Assembly (NCBI GenBank): GCA_013152275.1
Contig: JAADGS010000027.1
Span: forward strand, 124,001 to 188,000
From: Actinomycetota bacterium
GTDB taxonomy: Bacteria; Actinomycetota; Acidimicrobiia; Spongiisociales; UBA4744
Direction: 5' to 3'
DNA: 64,000 nucleotides
Shown piece after piece: positions 20,975 through 30,291 of the stretch (positions are counted from its first letter, which is position 1; the number at the start of each line of letters is the position of its first letter). The position numbers and the translations under genes are program-made. Under the pieces are notes generated by a model, which was not told where the DNA came from, made no database searches, and saw only the letters and a list, made by a program, of their open reading frames with translations.

Positions 20975-21040
20975 TGCAACTCGACAAAGAGTGCTCTTCC
21001 CTCCCCAAGGACCCGGCTTTCGAGCCGGGTCCTTGTCTGC
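20975..21040 (+). ncRNA. Candidate response-regulator-controlled small RNA
   Basis: Short 5' hairpin (GCAACTC...GAGTGC), C/U-rich linker TCTTCCCTCCC and a 13-bp terminator stem, directly after the operator array. Confidence 0.45.
21006..21035. terminator. Strong hairpin, probable intrinsic (possibly bidirectional) terminator
   Basis: CAAGGACCCGGCT-TTCG-AGCCGGGTCCTTG, perfect 13-bp stem between the convergent mprB and htrA-like genes. Confidence 0.75.
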
Positions 21041-21483
21041 AGTTTGTCTGCACACAATGAAAGAAGACCCGGAGATACTTCGGCATTGAGCCGCCGCATG
21101 AGGACCAGCATGCGGATCTCCAGGTCCCGGTGGTCCGGTTGGTAGTCGCCACCTCGAGGAAGCGACATCATGGCCGCTTCAGCGACCGGCCACCTCCAGA
21201 GTCCTGTTACAACTGTCTACCAAGACCACCTCCTCTCTCTGGTGGCCTCAGTTTGGCACAGAACGCTGCAAGATCGGAGAGGTTTTTTTCGACGATCGAA
21301 CCCTGGTTTCGTCTGAGGGAAAAGGAGATGGTCGGGAGACTTCCTCTTTTCGTTGCTTTCTCTGATGAAGGAACAGGGCGTCACGAGCAGGCGGAGTGTG
21401 AAGTGGGACGGTTCTCGCAACGCCTCCGTCGTCTCCGCCTGGCTTGGGACTTCCCTCTGCGGAGGGGGAGGAGGAACGGTGCC

Positions 21484-22539
21484 TCAGCGCTCGCCGACGG
21501 TGACGGCGATGGTGCCCTGCCGGCTGCCTCGGACGACGGTCAGCAGGAGCACGTCCCCTTTCTTGGCCGCGGCGATCGTGGCCTCCAAGGTCGGCTGATC
21601 GGTGACCTTTGCTCCGTTCACCGCGGTGATGATGTCACCGACCTGGAGACCTGCGCTGTCGGCCGGGCCGGTCGGGAGCACGGTCGTGACGATCACACCT
21701 TCGTTCGTCGCCAGTCCGAACCGTTGTTGATACTCGTCGCCGTTGGTGACGAATCCGATACCGATGAAGGCCCTGCCGAGACCTTCGAGGACGCGGTCGA
21801 CGTCGGGAAGTGCGGTTTCGATCGGTATCGCAAATCCGATGTTCTGTGCGTTGCCTGCGATTGCGGTGTTGATGCCGATCACCTCGCCATTCCGGTTCAG
21901 TAGCGGCCCGCCGGAGTTGCCCGGGTTGATGGCCGCGTCGGTTTGCAGGAGGCCGCTGAGCCGACCGGTTTGCGTCCGGATCGTTCGATCGACGGCGGAG
22001 AGGATACCGACGGTGACCGTCGGTGAAGAGCTGTCCAGGCCCAGTGCGTTGCCGATGGCGACCACCGGGTCACCGACGTCCATCGAGTCTGCCCTTCCCA
22101 GCGGGAGTGGCTCGAGACCCTGTGCGTCGTCGACTTTGAGGATCGCCACATCGTCCGCCGGGAAGCCTCCGATCACTTTGGCGGTTCGTGTCCGGGCGTC
22201 CTCCCCGACGATCGTCACCTGGTCGGCTCCCGCGATGACGTGGAAGTTGGTGAGGATGTGGCCATCGTTGTCGATGACGATGCCGGTGCCGGTGCCCGAC
22301 TCGCTCAGCTCTCGCCGCAGGAACATGTCGATGGTGATTCTGCTTTGCGTAACCGTGACGATGCCGGATCGAACGGTGTCGACGAGGTCCGAGACGTCGT
22401 AGAGGATCACCCCCGGCTGTGGAACGGCAGGCGAGATGGCAGGAGGCATGGCCGGTGCGCGCGATGGCGCGTTCACGGCGCCGAGACCTGCGCATGCCGA
22501 CAGCACGATCGAGAACGCTGCAACGGAGATCGGGCGCAT
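21484..22539 (-). CDS. HtrA/S1C serine protease with PDZ domain, lipoprotein
   Basis: Lipobox LSAC, ILTNFHV, DVAILK, QTDAAINPGNSGGPL, C-terminal PDZ. Start 7 nt after TACACT. Confidence 0.92.
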   Translation of the reverse strand: MRPISVAAFSIVLSACAGLGAVNAPSRAPAMPPAISPAVPQPGVILYDVSDLVDTVRSGIVTVTQSRITIDMFLRRELSESGTGTGIVIDNDGHILTNFHVIAGADQVTIVGEDARTRTAKVIGGFPADDVAILKVDDAQGLEPLPLGRADSMDVGDPVVAIGNALGLDSSSPTVTVGILSAVDRTIRTQTGRLSGLLQTDAAINPGNSGGPLLNRNGEVIGINTAIAGNAQNIGFAIPIETALPDVDRVLEGLGRAFIGIGFVTNGDEYQQRFGLATNEGVIVTTVLPTGPADSAGLQVGDIITAVNGAKVTDQPTLEATIAAAKKGDVLLLTVVRGSRQGTIAVTVGER

Positions 22540-22624
22540 GCGGGTGAGTGTACGTGTTTGTGGCGGGTGTCTCGGAGTAGGGACGTTCGGCCCTTTCATA
22601 GGGGACCTTCGGGTGGATTCCAGG

Positions 22625-22638
22625 TACCCCCGGGGGTA
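22625..22638. promoter_or_regulatory. CsoR/CstR-family operator
   Basis: Perfect palindrome TACCCCCGGGGGTA about 55 nt upstream of the octaheme cytochrome operon. Confidence 0.65.
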
Positions 22639-22692
22639 GTAGAGTGATATGTACCACTTCTTGATACGCGATCCGACACGGGGGTCGAACTT

Positions 22693-24186
22693 ATGGCACA
22701 GGATCCCGGACACGTTCCAGACGAGAAGGCGTCGAAGAGGCTCCTTCGACGCGATTTCCTGATCGGCCTGATCGCGATCCTGGTGGTGATCCTTGTTCCG
22801 ATCATCATCTTCGTGCCGTTGCGGAGCCCTGCTACGCCGAGTGACCCGTGGTCTCACGTCCCGGAGAAGCTGGGGCACACCGACCACACGGCCTTGATGC
22901 CCGGCCCGTACGAGACCGGACAGGAGGTCACCCGGGCCTGTTTGGAGTGTCATCCCGACGCCGGTGAAGACATGCTGCACTCGGAGCACTTCACATGGGT
23001 GAACGATCCCGTCCCCATCGCAGGTCGGCAAGAACCGGTTGCGTTCGGCAAGAAGAACTCGATCAACAACTTCTGTCTCGGTGTGCAGGGGAACTGGCCG
23101 AAGTGCACGACCTGCCATGCCGGCTACGGATGGTCGGACGAGAACTTCGACTTCACGAACGAGGACAACATCGACTGTCTCGTCTGCCACAACCAATCCG
23201 ACGCGTACGCCAAGGGGGAGTCAGGCAACCCCGCAGAGGGATCCGACCTCACCATCGCCGCGCAGAGCGTCGCGAATCCCTCACGTTGGAATTGCGGCCA
23301 ATGCCATTTCGAGGGCGGGGGCGGCAACGGGGTCAAACACGGGGACCTCGACGACACGCTCATCTATCCGGACGAGAACATCGACGTCCACATGGGCAGG
23401 TACGACCTCGTTTGCACCGACTGTCACAAGACGGAGGACCACGACATCAAGGGCACCGCCACGTCGGTTGCACTCGATGCACACAACCAGATCCTTTGTA
23501 CCGACTGCCACGATTCGAAACCGCACGAGGATGAGCGCCTGAACGGTCACACCGACGCGGTGGCGTGTCAGACCTGCCATGTCCCCGAGTACGCGCTGAA
23601 GGACCCGACGAAGATGTGGTGGGACTGGTCGACAGCCGGCAGCGACAGTATCCCGCAGGATCACTACACATACCTCAAGATCAAGGGCAGCTTCGTCTAC
23701 GACACGAAGGTGACGCCCGAGTACTTCTGGAACGACGGAACCGCCGATCGATACCTGCTCGGTGACCCGATCGATACCGATGGCCCTACCCCGCTGAACA
23801 AACCCAACGGTGACATCACAGATCCGGGATCGAAGATCTGGCCCTTCAAGGTCCATCGTGCCAAGCAGCCGTATGACACCGTCAACAACATCCTGATTCA
23901 GCCGAAGTTGGCCGGTGAGGGCGGCTACTGGGTCGACTTCGACTGGCCAACGGCCTTGAGACTGGGAGCGGAGATCACCGGCCTGGACTACAGCGGCGAG
24001 TACGGATTCACGCGCACCGACATGTGGTGGCCGATCACCCACATGGTGCAGCCTGCAGAGAAGGCTCTGCAGTGCAACGACTGCCACGGAGATGGAGGCA
24101 GGTTCGATTGGGAGGCGCTCGGCTATCCCGGTGACCCGATGTTCTCTGGTGGCAGGGTCGATCTCGGTCTCGTGGGAGGCGAGTGA
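22693..24186 (+). CDS. Octaheme tetrathionate reductase (OTR)-family c-type cytochrome, membrane-anchored
   Basis: Eight CxxCH motifs; GKKNSINNFC, CTTCHAGYGW, GGGNGVKHGDLD, WDWSTAG, KIWPFKVH. N-terminal TM. Confidence 0.92.
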   Translation: MAQDPGHVPDEKASKRLLRRDFLIGLIAILVVILVPIIIFVPLRSPATPSDPWSHVPEKLGHTDHTALMPGPYETGQEVTRACLECHPDAGEDMLHSEHFTWVNDPVPIAGRQEPVAFGKKNSINNFCLGVQGNWPKCTTCHAGYGWSDENFDFTNEDNIDCLVCHNQSDAYAKGESGNPAEGSDLTIAAQSVANPSRWNCGQCHFEGGGGNGVKHGDLDDTLIYPDENIDVHMGRYDLVCTDCHKTEDHDIKGTATSVALDAHNQILCTDCHDSKPHEDERLNGHTDAVACQTCHVPEYALKDPTKMWWDWSTAGSDSIPQDHYTYLKIKGSFVYDTKVTPEYFWNDGTADRYLLGDPIDTDGPTPLNKPNGDITDPGSKIWPFKVHRAKQPYDTVNNILIQPKLAGEGGYWVDFDWPTALRLGAEITGLDYSGEYGFTRTDMWWPITHMVQPAEKALQCNDCHGDGGRFDWEALGYPGDPMFSGGRVDLGLVGGE

Positions 24187-26891
24187 TGGGACGCAAGACC
24201 GTACGCCGGAGTCTGACAGTCGGCTTGGCTGCCACCGCGCTCCTGACCGCCACCTTGGCTGCGATGACGAGACCGGCGGCCGCCGACGTGAGCCCCGTGC
24301 ATCCCCGGTACGAACTGCTGGACCAGAACGGTCGGAATGTGCTCGATTCGGGCGGGCCGGTTTCCACGATGCAGACATGTGGACAGTGCCACGACACCGA
24401 GTTCATCGCCGATCACGACTTCCATTCCGACCAGGGGTTGACTTCGATGACCGAGCCGGGGTTGAGCCCCTCAGGCCGGCCCTGGGATACGAGTCCTGGT
24501 TGGTTTGGTGAGTGGAGCCCGATCACGTATCGGTATCTGTCGCCGGTAGGTGACGAGCGACTCGACCTCGGCACCGCAGACTGGATCGAAGCGCTCGGCT
24601 ACCGCCATCCTGGCGGCGGTCCGGCCACGACGTCGCGAAACGGATCGCCGCTCGGCGATCTGGCGGTGATCCCCGGGGATCCGGAGACACACGTCGTCGA
24701 TTCGGCCTCTGGCCAGATCGTGCCCTGGGATTGGAAGTCGTCGGGTGTCGAGGAACTCAACTGCTTCCTCTGCCACATACCGCAGCCCGACAACGCCTCC
24801 AGGATGCGTGAGCTTGCCGCAGGACGGTTCGAATGGGCCAACACGGCGACGCTCAACGGAACCGGGATCGTGACCTCGACCGTGGACCATGCCTGGAAGT
24901 GGAACCCCGGGGCGTTCGATGAAGATGGGAGACTGGCGAAGCAATACGTCAGGATCCAGGACCCCTCGAACGACAACTGCGGAATATGCCATGGGGTCGT
25001 TCACGACTCCGACCGACCGCTCGACGAAGTGGGTTCGACGACCGGCGGATGGGAGACCCTGACCACAGGCCAGGTCTTCTCGGCACAGCGGATCTCCGAA
25101 TCGGCGCTCAATCTCGCCGACAAACAAGACCTGAACCGGGCGTGGGACGTACACGCCGAGCGCCTGGTGAAGTGCACCGACTGCCACCACTCGCTCAACA
25201 ACCCCATCTATCTCGAGACGGCACGACCGAGTTACCTGGATTTCGATGCCCGTAGGGCCGACATCGGTGACTATCTGACCCGGCCTCTCCATGAGCTGGC
25301 AAGGGGCAGAAGCGCCCAGGGGACGCTCGCCCCGGAGTTCGACTACACGATGCGATCCTGTGAGTCGTGTCACGGTATCGAGAAGGCGCACGAGTGGCTT
25401 CCCTTTGCCGACCGACACATGGAGCAGCTTGCATGCGAGACATGCCATATCCCCAAGATGTACATGCCCGCCGCCGAACAGTACGACTGGACGGTCATCC
25501 ACACCGATGGCACTCCGGCGGTGGTGAACCGGGGCATCGATGGGGTGCCGGGTGACCCTTCGGCGCTGATCACCGGCTACGAGCCGGTCATCCTGAAGCG
25601 TGTCGGTGAGGAAGGCGAGACTCGCCTCGCCCCGTACAACCTGGTGTCGTCATGGTTCTGGATATACGGCGATCCTGCGCGTCCTGTGCGTCAGAGGGAC
25701 CTCGAAGCCGCGTTCCTGGTCGGGGGTGCATACCGACCTGAAATCGTGGCAGCGTTCGATACGAACGGCGACGGAGTCGTCGCCGAGAGAGAACTCGTGA
25801 TCGACACGACGGAAAAGGAGGCGGCTGTCAAGAGTCGGCTCGAGGCGATCGGGCTCTCCGATCCTCGCATCGATTCGGAGATTCAGCCCTTCACCGTGGC
25901 TCATGGTGTGACCGGTGGTGAATTCGCCACCAAGGATTGTCAGACGTGCCATACGAAAGACTCCCGGCTCACGGCGTCCATGCAGCTTGCGGCATATGTG
26001 CCCGGCGGAGTCATACCGCACTTCGTCTCCGACACGAATACGGAGACGACAGGCTCGGTGCAACTGGCCGAAGATGGAACGCTCTGGTATCAGCCGACGA
26101 CGTCGGAGGCCGACATCGGGGTGTTGGGAAGCGATTCGGGCGGTTGGATCGATTGGTTCGGCTGGGTGCTGCTCATCCTGACACTCCTCGGAATCAGTCT
26201 GCACGGCGCCCTCCGGGTTCTTCTCGGACTCAGGTTGAGCAAGGCCAAGCCCAAGACGGTGCTCGTGCACATCTATGAACCGTATGAGCGGTTCTGGCAT
26301 TGGTTGCAGGCAGTGGCGATCATCCTGCTGGTGGTCACGGGTGCGATCATCCACTGGCCAGGTGCCGTGAGTCCTCGAGGCTTTACGAGGCTCGTGATCA
26401 CCCACAATGTGATGGCGGCCATCTTGGTGGCCAACGCGTTGCTGTCGATCGTCTGGCACGTTGCCAGCGGCGCGATTCGCCAGTACATCCCGCGGCCGAG
26501 AGGGTTCTTCGACCAGGCAGTCCGCCAGGCGGTCTTCTACGTGCAGGGCATCTTCAGAGGTGAACCCCACCCGTTCGAGAAGGATGCCCGCCACAAGATG
26601 AATCCTTTGCAGCAGATGACATACGTCGTGATTCTGAATGTGTTGTTGCCGCTGCAAATGATCACCGGGATCATGATCTGGGGTGCCCAGCAGTGGCCGG
26701 GAGCGACGGCGGCCCTCGGTGGGCTGGCGTTCTTGCTTCCGGTGCACGCGCTCGGAGCGTGGCTGTTCGTCGCCTTCATCATTCTGCACGTCTACCTGAC
26801 TACCACGGGAGCGACTCCGCTCGCCGCCATTCGGGCCATGATTTCCGGATGGGAGACCATCGAGGTCCATGAAGAGGAGGTCACGGCATGA
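24186..26891 (+). CDS. Heptaheme OTR-like cytochrome c fused to a C-terminal cytochrome b (HyaC/FdnI-like) domain
   Basis: Signal peptide, seven CxxCH, EF-hand-like DTNGDGVVAERE, then TMs with ERFWHWLQA, ITHN, KMNPLQQMTY, VHAL and LHVYL. Confidence 0.85.
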   Translation: MGRKTVRRSLTVGLAATALLTATLAAMTRPAAADVSPVHPRYELLDQNGRNVLDSGGPVSTMQTCGQCHDTEFIADHDFHSDQGLTSMTEPGLSPSGRPWDTSPGWFGEWSPITYRYLSPVGDERLDLGTADWIEALGYRHPGGGPATTSRNGSPLGDLAVIPGDPETHVVDSASGQIVPWDWKSSGVEELNCFLCHIPQPDNASRMRELAAGRFEWANTATLNGTGIVTSTVDHAWKWNPGAFDEDGRLAKQYVRIQDPSNDNCGICHGVVHDSDRPLDEVGSTTGGWETLTTGQVFSAQRISESALNLADKQDLNRAWDVHAERLVKCTDCHHSLNNPIYLETARPSYLDFDARRADIGDYLTRPLHELARGRSAQGTLAPEFDYTMRSCESCHGIEKAHEWLPFADRHMEQLACETCHIPKMYMPAAEQYDWTVIHTDGTPAVVNRGIDGVPGDPSALITGYEPVILKRVGEEGETRLAPYNLVSSWFWIYGDPARPVRQRDLEAAFLVGGAYRPEIVAAFDTNGDGVVAERELVIDTTEKEAAVKSRLEAIGLSDPRIDSEIQPFTVAHGVTGGEFATKDCQTCHTKDSRLTASMQLAAYVPGGVIPHFVSDTNTETTGSVQLAEDGTLWYQPTTSEADIGVLGSDSGGWIDWFGWVLLILTLLGISLHGALRVLLGLRLSKAKPKTVLVHIYEPYERFWHWLQAVAIILLVVTGAIIHWPGAVSPRGFTRLVITHNVMAAILVANALLSIVWHVASGAIRQYIPRPRGFFDQAVRQAVFYVQGIFRGEPHPFEKDARHKMNPLQQMTYVVILNVLLPLQMITGIMIWGAQQWPGATAALGGLAFLLPVHALGAWLFVAFIILHVYLTTTGATPLAAIRAMISGWETIEVHEEEVTA

Positions 26892-27439
26892 CCATCGCCA
26901 CCGCGCGATCGTGGCTCACCAAGAAGCGCCCGGAGAAGCCGTGGATGAACCCGTATCTCGGTGGTGTGCTCCTCGGCCTGGTGCTCTTTGCTGCGTTCTT
27001 CATCACGGGGAATGGTCTCGGGGCCTCTGGTGGTTTCCAGCGGATCTGGGCATTCATCGAGGACTTGATCGTCCCGGGGCATGTCGACCGTACCGCCTAC
27101 CTCGCGAACTACGCGGGTGGGAACAAGAACCCCCTCGACCTGTGGATCGTTCCGCTTCTGGTCGGAGTGCCGATAGGGGGGTTCCTGTCCTCCTGGTTCA
27201 GCGGTCGATTCAAGATCAGGACCGGGAAAGGGCCGAACATCTCGGTGAAGACTCGTTGGCTCTTCGCCTTCATCGGCGGAACGATCATGGGGTTCGGGGC
27301 CCGGTTCGCTCGAGGGTGCACCTCGGGTCAGGCGCTGTCCGGAGGGGCCGTGCTCTCGGTAGGGAGCTGGGCATTCATGTTCGCGATGTTCGCCGGGGGC
27401 TACGCAGTCGCGTGGTTCGTCCGAAGGCTCTGGAACTGA
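26888..27439 (+). CDS. YeeE/YedE-family sulfur-compound transporter subunit
   Basis: WMNPYLGG, GLGASG, GARFARGCTSGQALSG (conserved Cys). Confidence 0.88.
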   Translation: MTIATARSWLTKKRPEKPWMNPYLGGVLLGLVLFAAFFITGNGLGASGGFQRIWAFIEDLIVPGHVDRTAYLANYAGGNKNPLDLWIVPLLVGVPIGGFLSSWFSGRFKIRTGKGPNISVKTRWLFAFIGGTIMGFGARFARGCTSGQALSGGAVLSVGSWAFMFAMFAGGYAVAWFVRRLWN

Positions 27440-27449
27440 GGGGGTCGAC

Positions 27450-28694
27450 ATGGTCATGACATTCGCAATCGCCCCGTTCCCGATCGAAGCGGAACTCGGG
27501 AAGTGGCTCGCCTACGGGCTGTATCTGATCATCGGCGTTCTCTTCGGTGCCGCGTTGGAACAGGCGGGGTTCGCCTACTCGCCAAACCTTGCGGCACAGT
27601 TCTACCTGAAGGACATGCGCGTCTTGAAAGTGATGTTCACGGCAATCATCACCGCCATGACCCTCATCTTCTTCTCATCCGGGATTGGCATCCTCGACTA
27701 CACGAAGGTGTTCGTGGATCCGACCTACCTGTGGCCCGGGATCGTGGGCGGCATCATCATGGGTGTCGGGTTCACGATCGGTGGCTTCTGCCCGGGCACG
27801 TCGGCGACTGCGGCGGCGACCGGCAGCGTTGACGGGATGTTCTATCTCGGCGGGATCATGACCGGAATCTTCGCGTTCGGCGAGACGGTCGATTCCTTCC
27901 AGAAGTTCTGGTTCGGTTGGGACATGGGGCGCTTCACGATCCCCGAGTGGCTTGGAATCTCCACTGGTGCCGCAGTCCTCCTGGTCATCGTCCTTGCTCT
28001 CGTGTTCTTCTGGGCGGCGGAGACCTTCGAGAAGCGTTTCGGCGGGATCGACCCGAAGAGCCGGCCGAAGGCCCGTTTCGTGGGCGCCGGCGTATTCGTA
28101 CTTGCTGCGTTGGTGGTCATCCTCATCGGCCAGCCCGGCTGGGAGCAGCGATGGGAGCGCATGGCGGAAGAACAGAACCAGGTGCTGGCGAACCGGGAAG
28201 TGCAGATCCATCCGGGGGAGCTTCTCGGACTGATGAACAACGACAAGGTGAAACTCGTGATGCTCGATGTGCGTCCAGAGTCGGAATACAACCTGTTTCA
28301 TCTTGCCTGGTCGCACCACGTCGATCCGGATCCCGCCGCGGTCGATGCCTTGGCACCCGAGTTGAATGCCAACCCGGCCAAGACCGCCGTGGTGCTGATG
28401 AGCGATGACGAGACCGCTGCAACCGAGGCGTGGAAGGTGCTCGTCGCCGAGGAGGTGCCGAATGTGTACATCCTCGAAGGCGGCATCAACGAGTGGCTGG
28501 AGACGTTCGGTGGACGAGAAGTGGAACAGGTAACGCATGTCGTGGGTGACGATCAGCTCCGTTTTGTCTTCGCGTCTGCGCTTGGTGACGCATACTCGGC
28601 GGCAAGTCCGGATCCCGAAGAGTACGAGCTGGAGTTCACGCCCAAGGTGGAGTTGGCAGCCAAGGCCGGCCCATCCGCCGGCGGCTGTGGCTGA
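27450..28694 (+). CDS. YeeE/YedE-family protein fused to a rhodanese-like domain, C-terminal GGCG
   Basis: LEQAGF, GGFCPGTS; LDVRPESEYNLFHL and YILEGGINEW rhodanese motifs; ends SAGGCG. Confidence 0.85.
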   Translation: MVMTFAIAPFPIEAELGKWLAYGLYLIIGVLFGAALEQAGFAYSPNLAAQFYLKDMRVLKVMFTAIITAMTLIFFSSGIGILDYTKVFVDPTYLWPGIVGGIIMGVGFTIGGFCPGTSATAAATGSVDGMFYLGGIMTGIFAFGETVDSFQKFWFGWDMGRFTIPEWLGISTGAAVLLVIVLALVFFWAAETFEKRFGGIDPKSRPKARFVGAGVFVLAALVVILIGQPGWEQRWERMAEEQNQVLANREVQIHPGELLGLMNNDKVKLVMLDVRPESEYNLFHLAWSHHVDPDPAAVDALAPELNANPAKTAVVLMSDDETAATEAWKVLVAEEVPNVYILEGGINEWLETFGGREVEQVTHVVGDDQLRFVFASALGDAYSAASPDPEEYELEFTPKVELAAKAGPSAGGCG

Positions 28695-28789
28695 CGTTCC
28701 CCCGTATCCTCAATCGTCGGTGCTGCCGTGAACGAAGGGAGAAGCCCCTGAAGGCGGACGGCCGATCGGTAGCGACTACATTGGCGGCC

Positions 28790-29455
28790 GTGGAGAGCGC
28801 ATTTCCTTTCCCCGAGGCGAATAGGCCGCTGGTGATCGGTATTGCGGGCGGCTCCGGATCGGGCAAGACGACGATCGCCTCCGCCGTGGTGGCGGACGTG
28901 GGGGTCGGGGAGGTCGCCGTCCTCGAGCACGACTCGTACTACCGGCACTTCGAAGGTCTCAGCTTCGAGGAGCGATCCAGAATCAACTACGACCACCCCG
29001 GTTCGCTCGAGACCGAACTGCTGGTCCGGCATCTCGAGATGTTGCTCGACGGTCATCCCATCGAGAAGCCCGTCTATGACTTCACGACACATTTGCGATC
29101 CCCCGAGACGGTCACCGTGAAACCGGCGCCGGTGATCGTCGTGGACGGCATCCTGGTTCTCGCCGATGCTCAGCTGCGCGCCCTGCTGGATCTCAAGGTG
29201 TTCGTCGACACCGACCCGGATCTGAGGGTGCTGCGACGCCTGCAGCGAGACATCGAAGAACGTGGCAGGACGATGCGCTCGGTGATCGAGCAGTACCTGG
29301 CCACGGTGCGACCGATGCATCTGCAGTTCGTCGAGCCGTCGAAGGTCCATGCGGACCTGATCATCCCGGAGGGATACAACCGTGGCGCCGTCGCCGCCGT
29401 CCTGGGGCTGGTTCGCCAACGCCTCGAAGGTGGCCCCGACGTCGGGTCCGTATAA
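28790..29455 (+). CDS. udk: Uridine kinase
   Basis: IGIAGGSGSGKTT, HDSYY, NYDHP, RRLQRDIEERGR, FVEPSK. GTG 7 nt after TACATT. Confidence 0.93.
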   Translation: MESAFPFPEANRPLVIGIAGGSGSGKTTIASAVVADVGVGEVAVLEHDSYYRHFEGLSFEERSRINYDHPGSLETELLVRHLEMLLDGHPIEKPVYDFTTHLRSPETVTVKPAPVIVVDGILVLADAQLRALLDLKVFVDTDPDLRVLRRLQRDIEERGRTMRSVIEQYLATVRPMHLQFVEPSKVHADLIIPEGYNRGAVAAVLGLVRQRLEGGPDVGSV

Positions 29456-29463
29456 TCGCTCGG

Positions 29464-30288
29464 ATGACACATCCAACAGTCGGAGTACTCGGTGTCGGCG
29501 CAATGGGCGAGGCACTCGTCGTCGGTCTTCTGAATGCCTCCTGGGAGCCGAGTGAACTGTCGCTCGGCGTGCGACGGGAAGAACAACGTGAGGAGCTGGC
29601 CGACCGGTACGGGTGTCCAACCAGCCTCGACCCGGTCACCGTGGTCGCCGGCCGCGACGTGGTCGTCGTCGCGGTGAAGCCCCGTTCGGTCCCACGGCTG
29701 CTCTCGGCAATTGCCGGTGTGGTCACGGCGGAACAGACCGTGGTGTCCCTCGCCGCCGGTGTCGCGACGAGTCTCTATGAGGATGCGCTTGGTGACGTAC
29801 CTGTCGTGCGGGCGATGCCGAACACTCCGGCGCTCGTCGACGAGGGCATCACCGGGATTGCTCCAGGCCGCTTTGCGGGCGAGCGTTCGATGCGCCATGC
29901 GGATATCGTGCTTCAGGCGGTTGGTGGCGTGATCCAGATGGAGGAGCACCACCTGGATGCCGTCACCGCGGTGTCCGGTACGGGTCCCGCCTACGCGTTC
30001 CTTCTTGCCGAGGCGCTCACGGAAGCGGCCGTCAGAGAGGGCCTCTCCCGAAGTGTGGCCCAGCGCCTCGTCAATCAGACCATCAAGGGTGCCGGCGCAC
30101 TCCTCGTCGAGACGGGCAAGGGACCGTTTGAGCTTCGTGCACAGGTCACATCACCCGGTGGCACGACCGCCGCTGCGATGCACGTCCTGGAAGGACGAGG
30201 TTTTCGGGCGTTGGTCGAGGACGCGGTCGCGGCTGCGGCGAATCGCTCACGAGAGCTGGGTGAGGCGGCTCGTCGAGAGGAGAGATGA
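29464..30288 (+). CDS. proC: Pyrroline-5-carboxylate reductase
   Basis: GVGAMG, AVKP, VRAMPNTP, AVSGTGPAY, VTSPGGTT. Confidence 0.95.
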   Translation: MTHPTVGVLGVGAMGEALVVGLLNASWEPSELSLGVRREEQREELADRYGCPTSLDPVTVVAGRDVVVVAVKPRSVPRLLSAIAGVVTAEQTVVSLAAGVATSLYEDALGDVPVVRAMPNTPALVDEGITGIAPGRFAGERSMRHADIVLQAVGGVIQMEEHHLDAVTAVSGTGPAYAFLLAEALTEAAVREGLSRSVAQRLVNQTIKGAGALLVETGKGPFELRAQVTSPGGTTAAAMHVLEGRGFRALVEDAVAAAANRSRELGEAARREER

Positions 30289-30291
30289 GGG

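Noticed and set aside
21253..21270. Sigma-54-like TTGGCAC...TGCA
   Set aside because: GG-to-GC spacing is 11 nt rather than the required 10, and no clear gene follows.
20968..21480. Small ORFs between mprB and the htrA-like gene
   Set aside because: They cross the terminator hairpin or lack recognisable features; none could be supported.
22540..23196. N-terminal extension of the 570-aa ORF 21484..23196
   Set aside because: It is antisense to the OTR gene; the lipobox and -10 box support a start at 22539.
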